Below, piece after piece: positions 12,960 to 26,100 of a stretch of 64,000 nt of DNA. A program made the position numbers and the translations under genes. Each line of letters starts with the position of its first letter. The stretch's first letter is position 1. The notes below the pieces were generated by a model. The model was given only the letters and a program-made list of their open reading frames with translations. It had not been told where the DNA came from and did not search any database. The stretch is from Mobula hypostoma (taxonomy: Eukaryota), in NCBI RefSeq assembly GCF_963921235.1, contig NC_086097.1, positions 227,790,001 through 227,854,000 on the forward strand. Reading direction: 5' to 3'.

Positions 12960-13298
12960 AGGAAGCTTAAGAGAGGGTGATGAGGAGATAAACCAGGACA
13001 CTGACTGAATTAGAGAGCATGTTTTATGATGATAAGTTGAGCGAGCTAGGCTTTTCTTTTTGGTGCAAGGGAGGATTGGAGATGACTTGATAGGATACAA
13101 AATGTTAAGAGGCATAGATTGAATGGGCAACCCAAGACATTTTCCCAGGGTGGAAATGGCTAATATGAGTAGGCATAATTATAAGGTGATAGGATAAAAG
13201 CATAGGGGGAGCTCAGAGGTAATTTTTTTACACCGAGAGTGTGGGTAGTGGGAGAGGCAGATATATTAAGGACATTTAGGGAACATTTAGATAGACAC
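12960..13298 (+). mobile_element. Old CR1 3' fragment
   Basis: Degenerate CR1 ORF2 C-terminal sequence (gatgacttgataggatacaaaatgttaagaggcatagat). Confidence 0.55.
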
Positions 13299-13299
13299 A

Positions 13300-14175
13300 A
13301 CATAAGAACATAAGAAAAGCCTACTCTGCCGTTCAGTAAAATCATGGCTGATCTGGCCATGGACTCATTTCCAACTTCCTGCCTTTTCCCCATAACCTTT
13401 AATACACCTAGTATGCAAAAATCTATCCAACCTTGTCTTAAATATATTTACTGAGGTAGCCTCCACTGTTTGATTGGGCGGAGAATTCCACAGATTCGCC
13501 GCTCTCTGGAAAAAGCAGTTCCTTCTCCTCTCCATCCTAAATCTACTCCCCCGAATCTTGAGGCTATGTCCCCTAGTTCTAGTCTCACCTACCAGTGGAA
13601 ACAACTTTCCTGCCTCTATCTCATCTATCCCTTTCATAACTTTATATGTTTCTATAAGATCTCCTCCCATTCTTCTTGATTTCCAGAGAGTACAGTCCCA
13701 GGCGACTCAATCTATTCTTATAGTCTAACCCCCTCATCTCTGGAATCAACCTGGTAAACCACTTCTGCACTGCCTCCAAAGCCAGTATATCCTTCCTCAA
13801 GTAAGGAGACCAGAACTGCACACAGTACTCCAGGTGCAGCCTCACCAGTACCCCGTACAGTTGCAGCATAACCTCCCTGTTCTTCAATCCCTCTCACAAT
13901 GAAGGCCAACGTTCCATTTGCCTTCTTGATAGCCTGCTACACCTGCAAACCAACCTTTTGTGGTTCATGCACAAGCGCTCCAAAGTCCCTCTGAACCGCA
14001 GCATGCTGCAATTTTTTACCATTTAAATAATAATCTGCTCTTTCATTTTTCCTTCCAAAGTGGATGACCACGCACTTACCAACATTGTACTCCATCTGAC
14101 AGACCATTGTGCATTCACTTAACCTATATCTCTCTGCAGACTCTCTGAATCTTCTGCACAATTTGTTTTCCACTA
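13300..14175 (-). mobile_element. CR1 LINE 3' ~0.9 kb
   Basis: LVRLHLEYCVQFWSPYLRKDILALEAVQK, GDLIETYK, TRGHSLKI; (tcttatgt)n-type tail at ~13300. Confidence 0.9.
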
Positions 14176-14306
14176 GGTTTACACAGAAAGCTATAAAAAA
14201 TACATAGGAGAAAAGGGTTAGGTTGATCATAGAACAGGTTAAAATATCAATCAGACAATATCATAGGCCAAAGGACCTGTACTGTGCTCTAATATTCTAT
14301 ATTCAA

Positions 14307-14645
14307 CACTCAGTGGCCACTTCAGAAGGTACCTCCCCTATCTAATAAAGTGGCCATTAAGTATATGTTTGTGGTCTTCTGCTGCTGTAGTCCATTCACT
14401 GCAGGGTTCCACTTGTTGTGCATTCAGAGATGCTCTTCTGCACACCACTGCCGTAACGTGTATTTATCTAAGTTACTGTAGTCTTCCAGTCAGCTTGAAC
14501 CAGTCTGGCCATTCTCCTCTAATCTCTCTCATCAACAGCGTTTCTGACTACAGAACTACTTCTCACTCAAATGAGTTGCTGCTAGTTGAATGGCTGATTA
14601 GATGTTTGCATTAATGAGCACGTTAAAGTGGCCACCCACTGAGTG
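14307..14645 (-). mobile_element. Non-autonomous Tc1 element (internally deleted copy)
   Basis: cactcagtggccac start, doubled-TIR hairpin, aaagtggccac...ctgagtg end. Confidence 0.7.
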
Positions 14646-14779
14646 TGTATTCTATGTTCTATGTTTTGAAGTTATTTAACGTCCATCTGGCTAAAACAAA
14701 GAGACAAGAATTGGCCCTAAATATTCCTGAACATGATATTAAGGAAGAATGGCGAAAAGAGAAACAAAGTGACAACTGT

Positions 14780-15900
14780 ACAGGATATTAGTGAGATTAC
14801 ATTATCAGCATTATGTGCAGTATTACCTTGTTACTTAAGGTAGAGTGTACATGCATCAAAAGTAGTTCAGGGAAGGTTTAGAGGACTGATATCTGCAATG
14901 GGATGATGAAGATTTGACTGGCTAAATTTGTGTCCACTGGAATTTCAATGTAATGTGACAAATAAAGATCGTCTTTCATCTTTGATTTAGAAAAGTTGAG
15001 AGTGACTTTGAAACATGTAAGATCATGACAGGGGAGAAAGTAAAAGATATTTTCTTGTATGAAAGAATCTAAAAATGGGGGCCATTATTTAAAAATCACA
15101 TGATTTTCCCCCCCATGATTGAGAGTTTTCAGAACTTTCCTTCATAAAGAGCAATTAAAGCAGAATTGGAATATTTTGCAGGCGGCTTTAGGAAAATTCT
15201 TGAATAGCATCGGTACTGAAAGATTACTCTGGGCAGGTGAAAATACAGAGATGATTTACAAGTCATTGAATAATGGACTAAATAATAAGAATACTGAGTA
15301 GAAAATTTCCAGAGAAGTAACTACAGACCCATCAGCATAAACTGAGGGACAGAATGAGAGTTCTTTTGGAGAAAGGTGGATTATTTAGCAGAAACTAGGT
15401 TGGATTTCTTAAAACCAAGTGACATGTAATTAATATTTCTAATTGTATGCAACTAACATTTCTAGGTTTTTGATGAAAATACACAAGGGAAATTTAGTTT
15501 AGATGGTTTGTTTGGAGTTCCAGAAAGCATTTGATAAAGTACTCCATGATAGCCTTACCATCAGGGACTGGCATATAAAGGGATAGAAAATTGCCTAAGC
15601 TTTGAGAATGGTTGGTTTATACTAGAGCATGTTCCCCTGGGGTAGTTACTTTTCACTGTGTATAGTACAGGTATCAACATGGGTCCACAAGGCACAAATT
15701 CCACATGCGAAGATTGCACAATATTAGGAGGTCTATTAAGGATAGCAATGGGGTTGACAAAGATGTGGACTGATGAGGAATGAATGAAAAGATGCAGATG
15801 AAATTCTGAGAAAGGTGAAAGTGAGACATTTTGGTAAAAAGGAGGGGAAGAGGCAATAACAACTTGACATAAATCATAGAATCAAGAGTTGTTACAACCA
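14780..15900 (+). mobile_element. Highly decayed CR1 fragments
   Basis: Remnants such as ttccagaaagcatttgataaagtactccat (FQKAFDKVLH). Confidence 0.5.
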
Positions 15901-16084
15901 GGAGAAGGATATTTGGCCAATTACCTCTCTACTCTATTTTTGATAAACCAACTCACTAGATTTCTTCCCACCGACATTTTTTCTGTAGCCTTACAATTAT
16001 TTTCCACAATATATACAGTATTTATCCAATTGCCACTTGAAAGCCACAGTGGAACTTAACCTGAGCACTGGACATTCCAGATTC

Positions 16085-16465
16085 CAGCTGCACTGGCCTC
16101 CAACCTAATGGCATGAATATCAATTTCTCCTTCCGTGAAAAAAAACTTCCCTCTCCTTCCCCTTTTCTTCTATTCCCCTCTCTGGCTCCTTAATTTTTCT
16201 CACCTGCCTAACACCTCCCTCTGGGTCTCTATCTCCTCTGCCCCATTATCCTCTCCAATTAGATTCCTTTCTCTCCAGCCTTTTACCTTTCCCACTCACC
16301 TGACTTCAATTATCACCTTCCTCCTTCCCCTCTCCCCCATCTTTTTATTCTGCCATCTTCCACCTTCCATTCCAGTCCTGAAGTAGCCTGAAATGTTGGC
16401 TGTTTATTAATTTCTGTAGATGCTGCCTGACCTGCTGAGTTCCTCCAGCATTTTGTGTGTGTTGC
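16085..16465 (+). mobile_element. Penelope 3' end/terminal repeat (decayed)
   Basis: gcctccaacctaatggcatgaatatcaatttctcc (QPDGMNI-like end of EN), pyrimidine-rich UTR, gatgctgcctgacctgctgagttcctccagc. Confidence 0.7.
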
Positions 16466-17004
16466 ACTGGCTAAAGAACATTTTCCTCATGTCACTTTGA
16501 GTTCTCTTCCCTTTTTTTTTGTACCTGTGACCTCTAGACCTTGAGCCATCCACCAATGAACAGCCTGCAAACTATCCCCTTTCAGCAGTCCACACATCTT
16601 TTAACATTGCAACTCCAATAATCTAGCCTGATCACAACTCCAGTACAGGCTTGGCAGATTTTCTGTCATAGTGAATATTCTATTAATACTGAAATACTCC
16701 TTTAGTCACATTTTTTAGATATTTTGTTTTATTTGATATTGCTTTATAAAAAAATGACTTCACCAACAAGACAGGCAATATAACTTCCCTAGCCAGTCAG
16801 TTAATTTGAAAGAGAGGATAAAAACTGGGGCCCAGTTAGTGAAAAGAGCAGGCAGGAACCAGGACCCCTTTCAATGAAAAAGCAACATGAGAACCAGCAT
16901 CCCACTGAGTGAAAAGGGAGCATGGTACCCAGAGCACAGGAGAGTGCAAACGGAACATGGCAAATATCAGCTTGTGAATCACATGACAAACTTCCTCCAC
17001 CATC

Positions 17005-18075
17005 AATGCTGCCCTCAATGCATCTCTTCCATTTCATGCATGTCTGCTCTCACCCCATCCTCCCGCCACCCTACCAGGGATAGGGTTCCTCTTGTCCTCA
17101 GCTACAACCCTAACAGCCTCTGTGTCCAGCACATAATTCTTCAGAACTTCCACTATCTCCAACGGGATCTCACCACCAAGCACACTTTTCCCTTCCCCCA
17201 ACTTTCTGGTTTCTGCAGGGATCGCTCCCTATGCAACTCCCTTCTCCATTTGTCCCTCCCCACTGATTTCCCTTCTAGCACTTGCCCTTGCAACCAGAAC
17301 AAGTTCTACACCCGCCCTTACACCTCCTCACTCACTACCATTCCAGGTGAAGCGATACTCCACCTGTGAGTCTGCTGGGGTCATATACTGTGTCCGGTGC
17401 TACTGGTGTGAGCTCCTGTATATCGGTGAGACCTGATGTAGATTGGGAGACTGCTTCACCAAGCACCTATGCTCCACCCCAGTGGCCACCCATTTTAATT
17501 CCACTTCCTATCCCCATTCCAATATGTTAATCCATGGCCTCCTCTACTGTTGCGATGAAGCCACACTTAGGGTGGAGGAACAACACCTTACATTCCGCCG
17601 GGGTAGCCTCCAACCTGATGGCATGAACATCAATTTCTCAAACTTCTGGTGATGCCCCCCTGTCTCACTCTCCTTCAGCATTCCCCATCCCATTTTCCCT
17701 CTCTTATCTTATCTCCTTGCCCACCCATCGCCTCCCTCTGGTGCTCCTCCCCACTTTTCTTTCTTCCATAACCTTCTGCCTTCTTCTTTTAGATTCCTTC
17801 TTCTTCAGCCCTGTATCTCATTCACCAATCGACTTCCCAGCTCTTCACTTCACCACTCCCCTTCCGAGTTTCACCTGTCGCCTTGTGTTTCTCCCTCCCC
17901 TCCCACACTTTTAAATCTGCTGTTAATCTTTTTTTCTCCAGTCCTGATGAAGGGTCTCGGCCTGAAACGTCAACTGTACTTATTTCCATAGATGCTGCCG
18001 GGCCTGCTGAGCTCCTCCAGCATTTTGTGTGTGTTGCTTGGATTTCCAGCATCTACAGATTTCCTCTTGTTTGCA
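17005..18075 (+). mobile_element. Penelope-like element 3' part (linker + GIY-YIG + terminal repeat)
   Basis: RDRVPLVLSYNP, VATHFNSTS, RVEEQHLTFRRGSLQPDGMNINFSNF; terminal repeat with hammerhead motif. Confidence 0.85.
17939..17976 (+). ncRNA. Minimal hammerhead ribozyme motif
   Basis: cagtc CTGATGA agggtctcggcct GAAA cgtc aactg. Confidence 0.55.
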
Positions 18076-18119
18076 CATGACAAATGATTGGGATTTGAAA
18101 TAGCTGGATATGGAGTATT

Positions 18120-18360
18120 TATTATTATTTTATTTAGAGATACAGCATAGTAACAGGCTATTCTGGCCAGATGAGCCCACACTGACCAGTGACCAATTAA
18201 CTTAATAACACATACGTCTTTGGAATGTGCAAGGAAATTGAAGGGCCCAGAGGAAAACTATGCTTCACAGGGAGAACGTATAAACTCCTTACAGACAGCT
18301 ACGGAATTGAACTTGGGTCACTGATACTGTAATAGCATTACACTAACTGCTACATCACCA
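18120..18360 (-). mobile_element. V-SINE (HE1-like)
   Basis: Reverse complement contains tgacccaagttcaattccg, ggagtttatacgttctccctgtga and cacattccaaagac. Confidence 0.6.
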
Positions 18361-18564
18361 TTATCATCACCTTCCTTCAGCCTTCCCTTTTCCAAAGAAA
18401 GCAGTTGCTGCCTATCCAATCTATCATTTTAACTATAGACCATTATTACAGGATGCATTCTCATCAATCTTTTCTGGACCCTCTCAAATGCTTTACTATA
18501 ACGTAGCAATTCTGAACTAAATACAATTCTCCATTTGAGGCCATACTAGTGCTTTGTTACAGTC

Positions 18565-18830
18565 ACACAGCTATTCACGGTAGAACTGCTACCTCACAGT
18601 TCTGGCAAGAAGCGTTTGAGCCAGATCTCCCGAGATAAAGTACGGAGTTTCCACACTTTCCCCTGACCACAGGTTTACTCCTGCATTTCAAAGGCTTTCG
18701 AGTTGTAGGTTATTTGTCCACTGTAGTTTGAACAGTAAGATCTGGAGGAATTTGCTGGAAATAAGGGGAGAATAAAAATAGAATTATTTGATGGTCAGTG
18801 CATATTGAACGCACTGAAAGATCTGTTTCT
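18565..18830 (+). mobile_element. Decayed V-SINE
   Basis: ggtagaactgctacctcacag head, ggagtttccacactttcccctgaccacagg body. Confidence 0.45.
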
Positions 18831-18837
18831 GTGACGA

Positions 18838-19407
18838 TGATGACTTTATTGGGTAACTTTTGTACCAAATAAAGTGGACATTGAGTGTGTGTTCATGGTC
18901 TCCTGCAGCTGTAGCTCATCAACTTTAAGGTTCTACGTGTTGTGCATTCAGGGATGCTCTTTTGCACACCACCATTGTAACTCACGGTTATTTGGGTTAC
19001 TGTTGTCTTCCTGTCGGCTTGAACCAGTCTGGCCATTCTCCTCTGAGCTCTCTCATTAGCAAGGTGTTTTTGCCCACAGAACCACTGCTCGCTGGATGTC
19101 TTTTTTTGTTTTTCTGCACCATTCTCTGTAAACTCTAAAGACTGTTGTGCAGCAAAAAAAAAACACCTAGGAAATCAGCAGTTTCTGAGATACTCAAATC
19201 ACCCCGTCTGGCACCAACAATCATTCATTGGTTGAAGTCAGTTAGATCAAATTTCTTCCCCGTTCTGATATTTGGTTTGAACAACAAAACCTCTTGACCA
19301 TGTGTGCATGCTTCTATGCATTGAGTTGCTACCAAATGATTAGATGATTAGATATTTACATTAACGAGCAGGTGTACAGGTGTGTCTAATAAAGTGGCCA
19401 CAGAGTG
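18838..19407 (-). mobile_element. Non-autonomous Tc1 element
   Basis: Homologous to 1744-2286; ends taataaagtggccacagagtg+TA. Confidence 0.8.
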
Positions 19408-19519
19408 TATGTCTCTATTTAAATGCCCAGAGGATTTTTATTATTTTTGGCAACTACTGGAGTACAAAAGCAGAGAAAGTTTTGAGGTATCTGTAAAGTT
19501 ATCGAAAATGGCGTGTTGT

Positions 19520-21725
19520 GTGAGCTCAGGTGTTAAACGTTGACGGGTGTACAGGAAGCCACAACAAAGTGGTTCAGCCTCAGGTGGAACATTATATATT
19601 TTGCCAAATGGTCAAAGGGAAGTAGCTGTGCCAGAGCCCGATGCTGTGGACCTTCAGGTTCGGTCTGGATGGTGCTGATCTTTGATGTTGCCTTCTTGTA
19701 GCAGCACATCCTGCAGCTACTACCGACCGTGGGCAGGAACTATTACTCTCTGCTGCTTCTTACATCCCTGCACATCTGATTTGCCATAGAGTACTTTCAA
19801 CAGTAGATCTGTAGAGGTCTGTTACAAGCTGAGTCCCCCTAATGCCCTGAGAAAGTGAAGATGCTGGTGTGCTTTCCTTATGATTGCATCTATGTGCTGA
19901 GCCCGGGGCAGGTCATCTGATAACATCCACACTCAGGAATTTAAAACCGTCAATTCTCTCCACCTCCAATACCCCAAAGTATACTGACACATGTTCACCC
20001 CCCTTTCCCTTCCTGCAGTCAACGATCAAACCTTTGAGCAGGATGTTGATGTTGAGACACGCAACCAGGTGTCCTATCTCGCTCCGGTGTGCTGACTCAT
20101 CGACAACAGTAGCGTCATCAGCAAATTTAAAGATGACATTGGAGTTGTGCTTAAGTGCACCGTTCTGTGAGTATGCAGAGTAAAGCAGGGAACTGAGCAC
20201 TCAGCCTTGAGGTGCACCTGTGTTTTCGATCAGTGAGGAGGCGATGTGGCTACCACTCCTCAGCAGCTGACGGCTGCCACTGAAGAAGTCAGGTACAGTA
20301 CACAGCTGAAGTGGGATGTCCTGAAGTTTGTCGATGAGCTTTTAGATGTGATGAATGTGCTGTAAGCTGAGCTGTAGTTGATAAGCTACAGAGAGTGTGG
20401 GGAGTGTAGAACGAGCTGCCAGCGCAACTCGTGGATGCAGGTTCCCTTCCAGCATTTAAGAGCAATTTGAGTAGGCACATGGATGAGAGGGGTATGGAGG
20501 GCTATGGTCTGGGTGCAGGTTGATAGGAGTAGGCAGATTAATGATTCAGCACAGATTAGATGGGTTGAAGGGCCTGTTTCTGTGCTGTGGTGATCCATGA
20601 CTCTGGAGCTCTAACAGGAACCTGATATTGGAGTTCCTGTTGTCCAGATGATCCAGAACAGGGTGAAGAGCCAGAGAAACTGCTTCTGCTGTTGATATGT
20701 TGCAGCTGCAGGCAAATTGGGATGAATCCAGGTCATCTCTGCATCATACCCAGTCCCCTGAAGCACTTCATTATGGTTGATGTAAGTGCCACCAGATGGT
20801 AGTCACTGAGGACGTCACCACGCTTCTCTTGGGAAATGGTACAAAAGATGACCTTCTACAACATATGGGAACCTCAGACCACAGAAATGAGAGGCTTAAT
20901 ATATTCATATATATTAGATTATTAGATTAGATTGAGATTATGAGGACACTCAGTCCTCGTTTATTGTCATTTAGAAATGCATGCATGCATTAAGAAATGA
21001 TACAATGTTCCTCCAGAGTGATATCACAAAAAAATCAGGACAAACTAAAGACTAACACTGACAAGACCACATAATTATAATATATAGTTACAGCAGTGCA
21101 AAGCAATACCATAATTTGATAAAGAACAGACCATGGGAATGGTAAAAAAAAGTCTCAAAGTTCCAATCGACTCCCAATAGTCCCCGATAGCAGGCAGCAG
21201 AAGGGAGAAACTCTCTCTGCCATAAACTTCCAGGCACCGACAACTGTTGATGCATTGGAAGCACCCAACCCCAGCCGACTCTGAGTCCGTCCGAAAACTT
21301 CGAGCCTCCGACCAGCCCTTCGACACCGAGCACTGAGCACCATCTCTTCCGAGCGCCTCGACCCCGGCCCCGGCTGCCAAGCAACAAGCAAAGCCTAGGA
21401 TTCGGGGCCTTCCCCTCCGGAGATTCTGGATCACACAGTAGCAGCGGCAGCGAAGCGGGCATTTCAAAAGTTTCACCAGATGTTCCTCCGTTCTCTCACG
21501 TCTGTCTCCATCAAATCAGAATTGTGCACAGCACCCTACTTGACAGATTACAGATATCATTCACCGGAGTGGCCACGCAAGCCGCGTCGCGTCGCCATCT
21601 TCTCTTCCTTCCAGTCATCTGGTCTGCACACATCTTTAGTACACGGCGAGGTAGCCGTCTGGACCAGTTGCCTTTCATGCATTCACCCTCTTGAAGGATG
21701 CTCCAACCTCATCCTCAGAGACTTA
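19520..21725 (-). mobile_element. Decayed Rex1/Babar LINE, interrupted by a CR1 3' end (~20385-20605, +) and by the 20910-21608 element
   Basis: ORF 19913-20200 LSSLLYSAY...IFKFADDATVVDESAHRSEI...VERIDGFKFL; further Rex-like remnants at 20610-20900 and 21610-21725. Confidence 0.7.
20910..21608 (-). mobile_element. Non-coding retroelement starting AAGATGGCG with (tctaa)n tail
   Basis: Clearly homologous to 49393-50000; microsatellite tail at 20915-20940. Confidence 0.65.
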
Positions 21726-21824
21726 GATTACAGGTTCATCAAGAGATGTGGATATGTTATCCGTCTCCCTATCAAAGTGTTGCATAAAATGAATTGAGCT
21801 CATCTGGGGAGTGATGGATTATGG

Positions 21825-22212
21825 CAGGGGTCCCCAACCTTTTTTGCACTGCGGACCGGTTTCATACTGACAATATTCTTGCAGACCGGCCGACTGGGTG
21901 GGGGGGTGGGGGTAGGGTTGCCAACGGACAAGAGTAGAGCCAAATACGTTGTTTACCCAGAGAAAGACTACAGTGACCATGAAGCCTTGCGTAGGCACCA
22001 GTGCGCATGCGTGATTTGCGCATGGGTGTACGTGCCGATTTTTTCATCTCGTTTTTGGCGATTCTGTTCGGGGGGGCGGTTGTTAATCACAACCGGAATA
22101 TAGGTGATAAGTGGCTAATACACTCAATTTCATTTCTAAAAGGGTTTATCTAATGAATTTAATATTAAACACACAGCGCATATTTTCCTCGCATGAATAT
22201 AGTGATAAGTCA
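21825..22212 (+). mobile_element. hAT (Charlie-like) non-autonomous element, left part
   Basis: Terminus caggggtccccaacctttttt; right TIR not found. Confidence 0.55.
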
Positions 22213-22214
22213 AT

Positions 22215-22420
22215 TATTGGGGAGGACAGGGGAGCTTGAAGTAAGTGTTGAACGAACTTCCAGTAGAAGTGGTAGAGGCAGGTTCGATATTATCATTTAA
22301 AGAAAAATTGGATAGGTATATGGACAGGAAAGGAGTGGAGGGTTATGGGCTGAGTGCAGGTCGGTGGGACTAGGTGAGAGTAGCGTTCGGCATGGACTAG
22401 AAGGGCCGAGATGGCCTGTT
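22215..22420 (+). mobile_element. CR1 3' end
   Basis: aacgaacttccagtagaagtggtagaggcagg...tttaaagaaaaattggataggtatatgg...aagggccgagatggcctgttt. Confidence 0.7.
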
Positions 22421-23325
22421 TATGCAACTCCCTTGTCCATTCGTCCCCTCCCATCCATCCCCACTGATCTCCCTCCTGGCACTTATCCTTGTAAGCGGAA
22501 CAAGTGCTACACATGCCCTTACACTTCCTCCCTTACCACCATTCAGGACCCCAGACAGTCCTTCCAGGTGAGGTGACACTTCACCTGTGAGTCGGCTGGG
22601 GTGATATACTGCGTCCGGCGCTCCCGATGTGGCCTTCTATATATTGGTGAGACCCGACGCAGACTGGGAGACCGCTTTGCTGAACACCTACGCTCTGTCC
22701 ACCAGAGAAAGCAGGATCTTCCAGTGGCCACACACTTTAATTCCACATCCCATTCCCATTCTGACATGTCTATCCACGGCCTCGTCTACTGTAAAGATGA
22801 AGCCACACTCAGGTTGGTGGAACAACACCTTATATTCCGTCTGGGTAGCCTCCAACCTGATGGCATGAACATTGACTTCTCTAACTTCTGCTAATGCCCC
22901 ACCTCCTCCTCGTACCGCATCCATTATTTATTTTTATACACACATTCTTTCTCTCACTCTCCTTTTTCTCCCTCTGTCCCTCTGACTATACCCCTTGCCC
23001 ATCCTCTGTGTTTCCCCCCCCCGCTTGTCTTTCTCCCCGGACCTCCTGTCCCATGATCCTCTCATATCCCCTTTGCCAATCACTTGTCCAGCTCTTGGCT
23101 CCATCCCTCCCCCTCCTGTCTTCTCCTATCATTTTGGATCTCCCCCTCCCCCTTCCACTTTCAAATCTCTTCCTAACTCTTCCTTCAGTTAGTCCTGACG
23201 AAGTGTCTCGGCCTGAAACGTCGACTGTACCTCTTCCTAGAGATGCTGCCTGGCCTGTTGCGTTCAACAGCACTTTGATGTGTGTTGCTTGAATTTCCAG
23301 CATCTGCAGAATTCCTGTTGTTTGT
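22421..23325 (+). mobile_element. Penelope-like element 3' part (Cys-rich linker + GIY-YIG + terminal repeat)
   Basis: PCKRNKCYTCP linker; ORF 22601-22894 IYCVRRSRCGLLYIGETRRRLGDRFAEH...VATHF...EQHLIFRLGSLQPDGMN. Confidence 0.9.
23186..23227 (+). ncRNA. Minimal hammerhead ribozyme motif (weakened stem II)
   Basis: cagttagtc CTGACGA agtgtctcggcct GAAA cgtc gactg. Confidence 0.45.
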
Positions 23326-24039
23326 TGTTCGAATTGAGGTTTGCCACTTTTTGTGATATTATCTATTGCCTGGGACAATGGAAGACCTCACTTCTCTTTT
23401 AATATTGCCCTGAAATTTTTACCATCTGTTTGAATGGACAAACCAAGATGGATTATTTTAACTTTGGACTGAAACAACATTGTTCTCTATCTATGAGATG
23501 GAAGTAAATATGAAAAGATCGCAACAGTGAAACACAAGAGGGAAACAATTGAGTTACAAAGCTTTGTTTGGTTTTTAAAAAATGAGACTTTAGAAAGTGT
23601 AAAGATAGGGCAAGTACAAAGACAAATTGGCACCTGGAGATGGATTATACACCCAACAAAACTGTCGAGCCAACCTTTAGATGATAAGGGAATATGGGCT
23701 TCATCATTCACAGAGCCATCTTCTCTGGTCAAGAAGGCTGAAGAAATTCAATAAAGATCTTCAAATCCGTGGGAGATATTGATGGAGTGAGCAGTGTGAC
23801 ACTAATTCTTGTTCAAGAAGTCATGGATGAAGAGTTGCCAATTTAAAATGGGGCCAGATTTTAAGTTTCAATGCTTGTTGGACAACTGGTTAGAGTGAAT
23901 CGGTTATATATTATGCTGGTCGATTTTCATTTCCGCTACAGCCAGTGGAAAGGAATTCTACAATGATGGGCAGCTCATTCACTTTGCTGAGTTTGCCAGC
24001 ATACAATAGAAATCGATTAATATCAATTCCAATAAACAT

Positions 24040-24370
24040 AAAACAGTACAGAACAGTATAGGCATTTCAGCCCATGCTGTGTCAAGCTTTTTTACATAGT
24101 CTAAGGTCAATCCAACCCTTCCCTCCTACACAACCCTCCTTAGTTAAATCATCCATGTGACTATCTAAGAGTTCCTTAAAAGCCCCTAATGTATCTGCCT
24201 CTACCAACACTCTTGGTAGCATGTTCCAGCCACAACTCTCTGTGTAACATTTCCCCCTCTCTCCCTATATGTTCTTCCAATCATCTTAAAATTATGCCAC
24301 ATGTATCAGCCACTTCCACCCCAGGAAAAATACCTCTGGCTAGCTACTCAATCTATGTCTCTTCTCAATA
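24040..24370 (-). mobile_element. CR1 3' end (decayed)
   Basis: acagtacagaacagtataggcatttcagccca...atccatgtgactatctaagag, a CR1 3' UTR/ORF end in reverse. Confidence 0.55.
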
Positions 24371-24684
24371 TTAGGTTATCAAGGCAAATTTTATATTCCT
24401 GATGCAGTGAAATCAGCTAGAGATACAGCAGCGAGCAGAGCAACCAAAAAATTTCAATAAGCATTTTACAAAAGTCTGTTGAACTCAGCCATAGCATTAT
24501 TTTTGTGTTGTGAGTCCTGACTTTGGGTTTCAAACTGAAACATTGACAAATCCTTTCCTTCTGCAGATGCTGCTCGGCCACCGAGCTCCTCCAGCCAATT
24601 GTTTCTGCGCCAGTTTCCAGCATCTACCGTCTCTTATGTCTCCATTATTTCTAATTTTCCTGGCCATTTATGCTGAACATAATG

Positions 24685-25282
24685 AGGCCCTCCGTCAGTC
24701 AGGGTCAACCATGGATACTGCCTCCTAGTGGTCTACATGTTTCATTACAGGAGCTGGTAAGCAAGCCAGGGTCGTACGCTAAGGAGAGCAAGCTGTTGCC
24801 CATGTAACAGGCTCCCCCTCTCCACGTAGCTGATGAATCCAAAGGCACAGCAGAGACTGACACAGTTTGGCACCAGTGCAATCACAGGAGCTGCCAGTCA
24901 GCATTGAACTCCAATAGCCTCTGATGTTGGACTGCCTTAGCAGCTCCAGCTTCGGATATTTCCTTCGGAGTTTACTCACGCAGCCTCTTCCATGAGCAGG
25001 TATAGCCTAAAGGCAGCAGTGGTTTGAGATCAGAGTTTTCCTTCTCCTAGACGTGCTGCTAAGCATGGCTGACAGCGACTGGTCTGAAGGCACCCATAAC
25101 CTGCCATTGCTCCTTCTCCTGACAGTACAAACGGTTCCGCCGGGCTTGGCAGCTAAGCCACATGTGAAGGCCAGGAGTTGGACTAATTGTCAGAGGCTAT
25201 TTGAGATGCACACCATTGGGAGCATTTAATAGGCAGTAGGAACTTATCCTCTCTATCTCCCGGGGCTATGCCAACCTTAAGA
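24685..25282 (-). mobile_element. RTE-derived non-autonomous element
   Basis: Minus strand contains ctaggagaaggaaaactctgatctcaaacc (RTE 5' UTR-like); its 3' half is shared with the Thr-SINEs at 29365 and 58123. Confidence 0.55.
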
Positions 25283-25739
25283 AATCAAAATAACACTATA
25301 TCAAGTCTATGTAAAGTGATTCGATATGTGTAGCTATAGGAAACGATGTTCCTGGCTTGTGAAGCAATCAGCTCAGGAATGGACCTCTTACACATTCCAG
25401 GAGCTGCTGTATATCTAAAGATGTGGCCTCCACCATCCTCAGGTCAGAAATTTTCAGAGATTCATTGGCCTCTGAGAGGAGTTCTGTATACCTCTGACTG
25501 AAATGACCAGCCCGATTTTGTGTGCTGTGTCCCTTTGTTCAGGAAATCCATTCCGCATATTCCAACTTGAAGTCATAAAGGCCTGCCAATGACTCATTAA
25601 TTAACATCGTGTGATTTGCATCTTACTTGTTCCAGTAGATTCTCCATGTGCAGCCAGGTGTGACCAAGTTAGATGTGTTTTTCTCAAGTACTGTTTTTAA
25701 TTCTCCAATTGTACGATTCATGGAGTCAGGGAGGCACAC

Positions 25740-26100
25740 AGGATGCAAAACAGACCTTGCAGTGCATCAAGGCTCACCCACTATCAAGCATACTGCACTA
25801 GCTGTATTTAATTTTCCCCACGTGTTTTTTTTAAATTTTATTTCATTTTGTTTTATTTTCCCGTTAGCTCCCCCACCCCCTCAAGTTTGTATCACACACC
25901 TACATGCTTAAATTTGCAGTGGCCAAAAAGCCTACCAAAATAGAATGCAGAAAGAAACAAGAGTAACTGGAGAAAACCCAAGTGGTCACAGGGAGAACAG
26001 GCAAAGGCCACACACACACACACACACACACGCACACACTGATGCTGGAGACCAGGATGCTGTGGGACAGCAAGTCTACTGGCTGTGGCACTGTGGTAAC
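25740..26100 (-). mobile_element. Decayed V-SINE with embedded (CA)n
   Basis: Reverse complement gcctgttctccctgtgaccacttgggttttctccagttactc; (CA)n at ~26009-26039. Confidence 0.5.

Noticed and set aside
22571..22580. In-frame TGA upstream of the GIY-YIG domain as possible selenocysteine (known in some PLEs)
   Set aside because: The sister copy has CGA (aggcgacac at 59461), so this is CpG decay; no SECIS recognised
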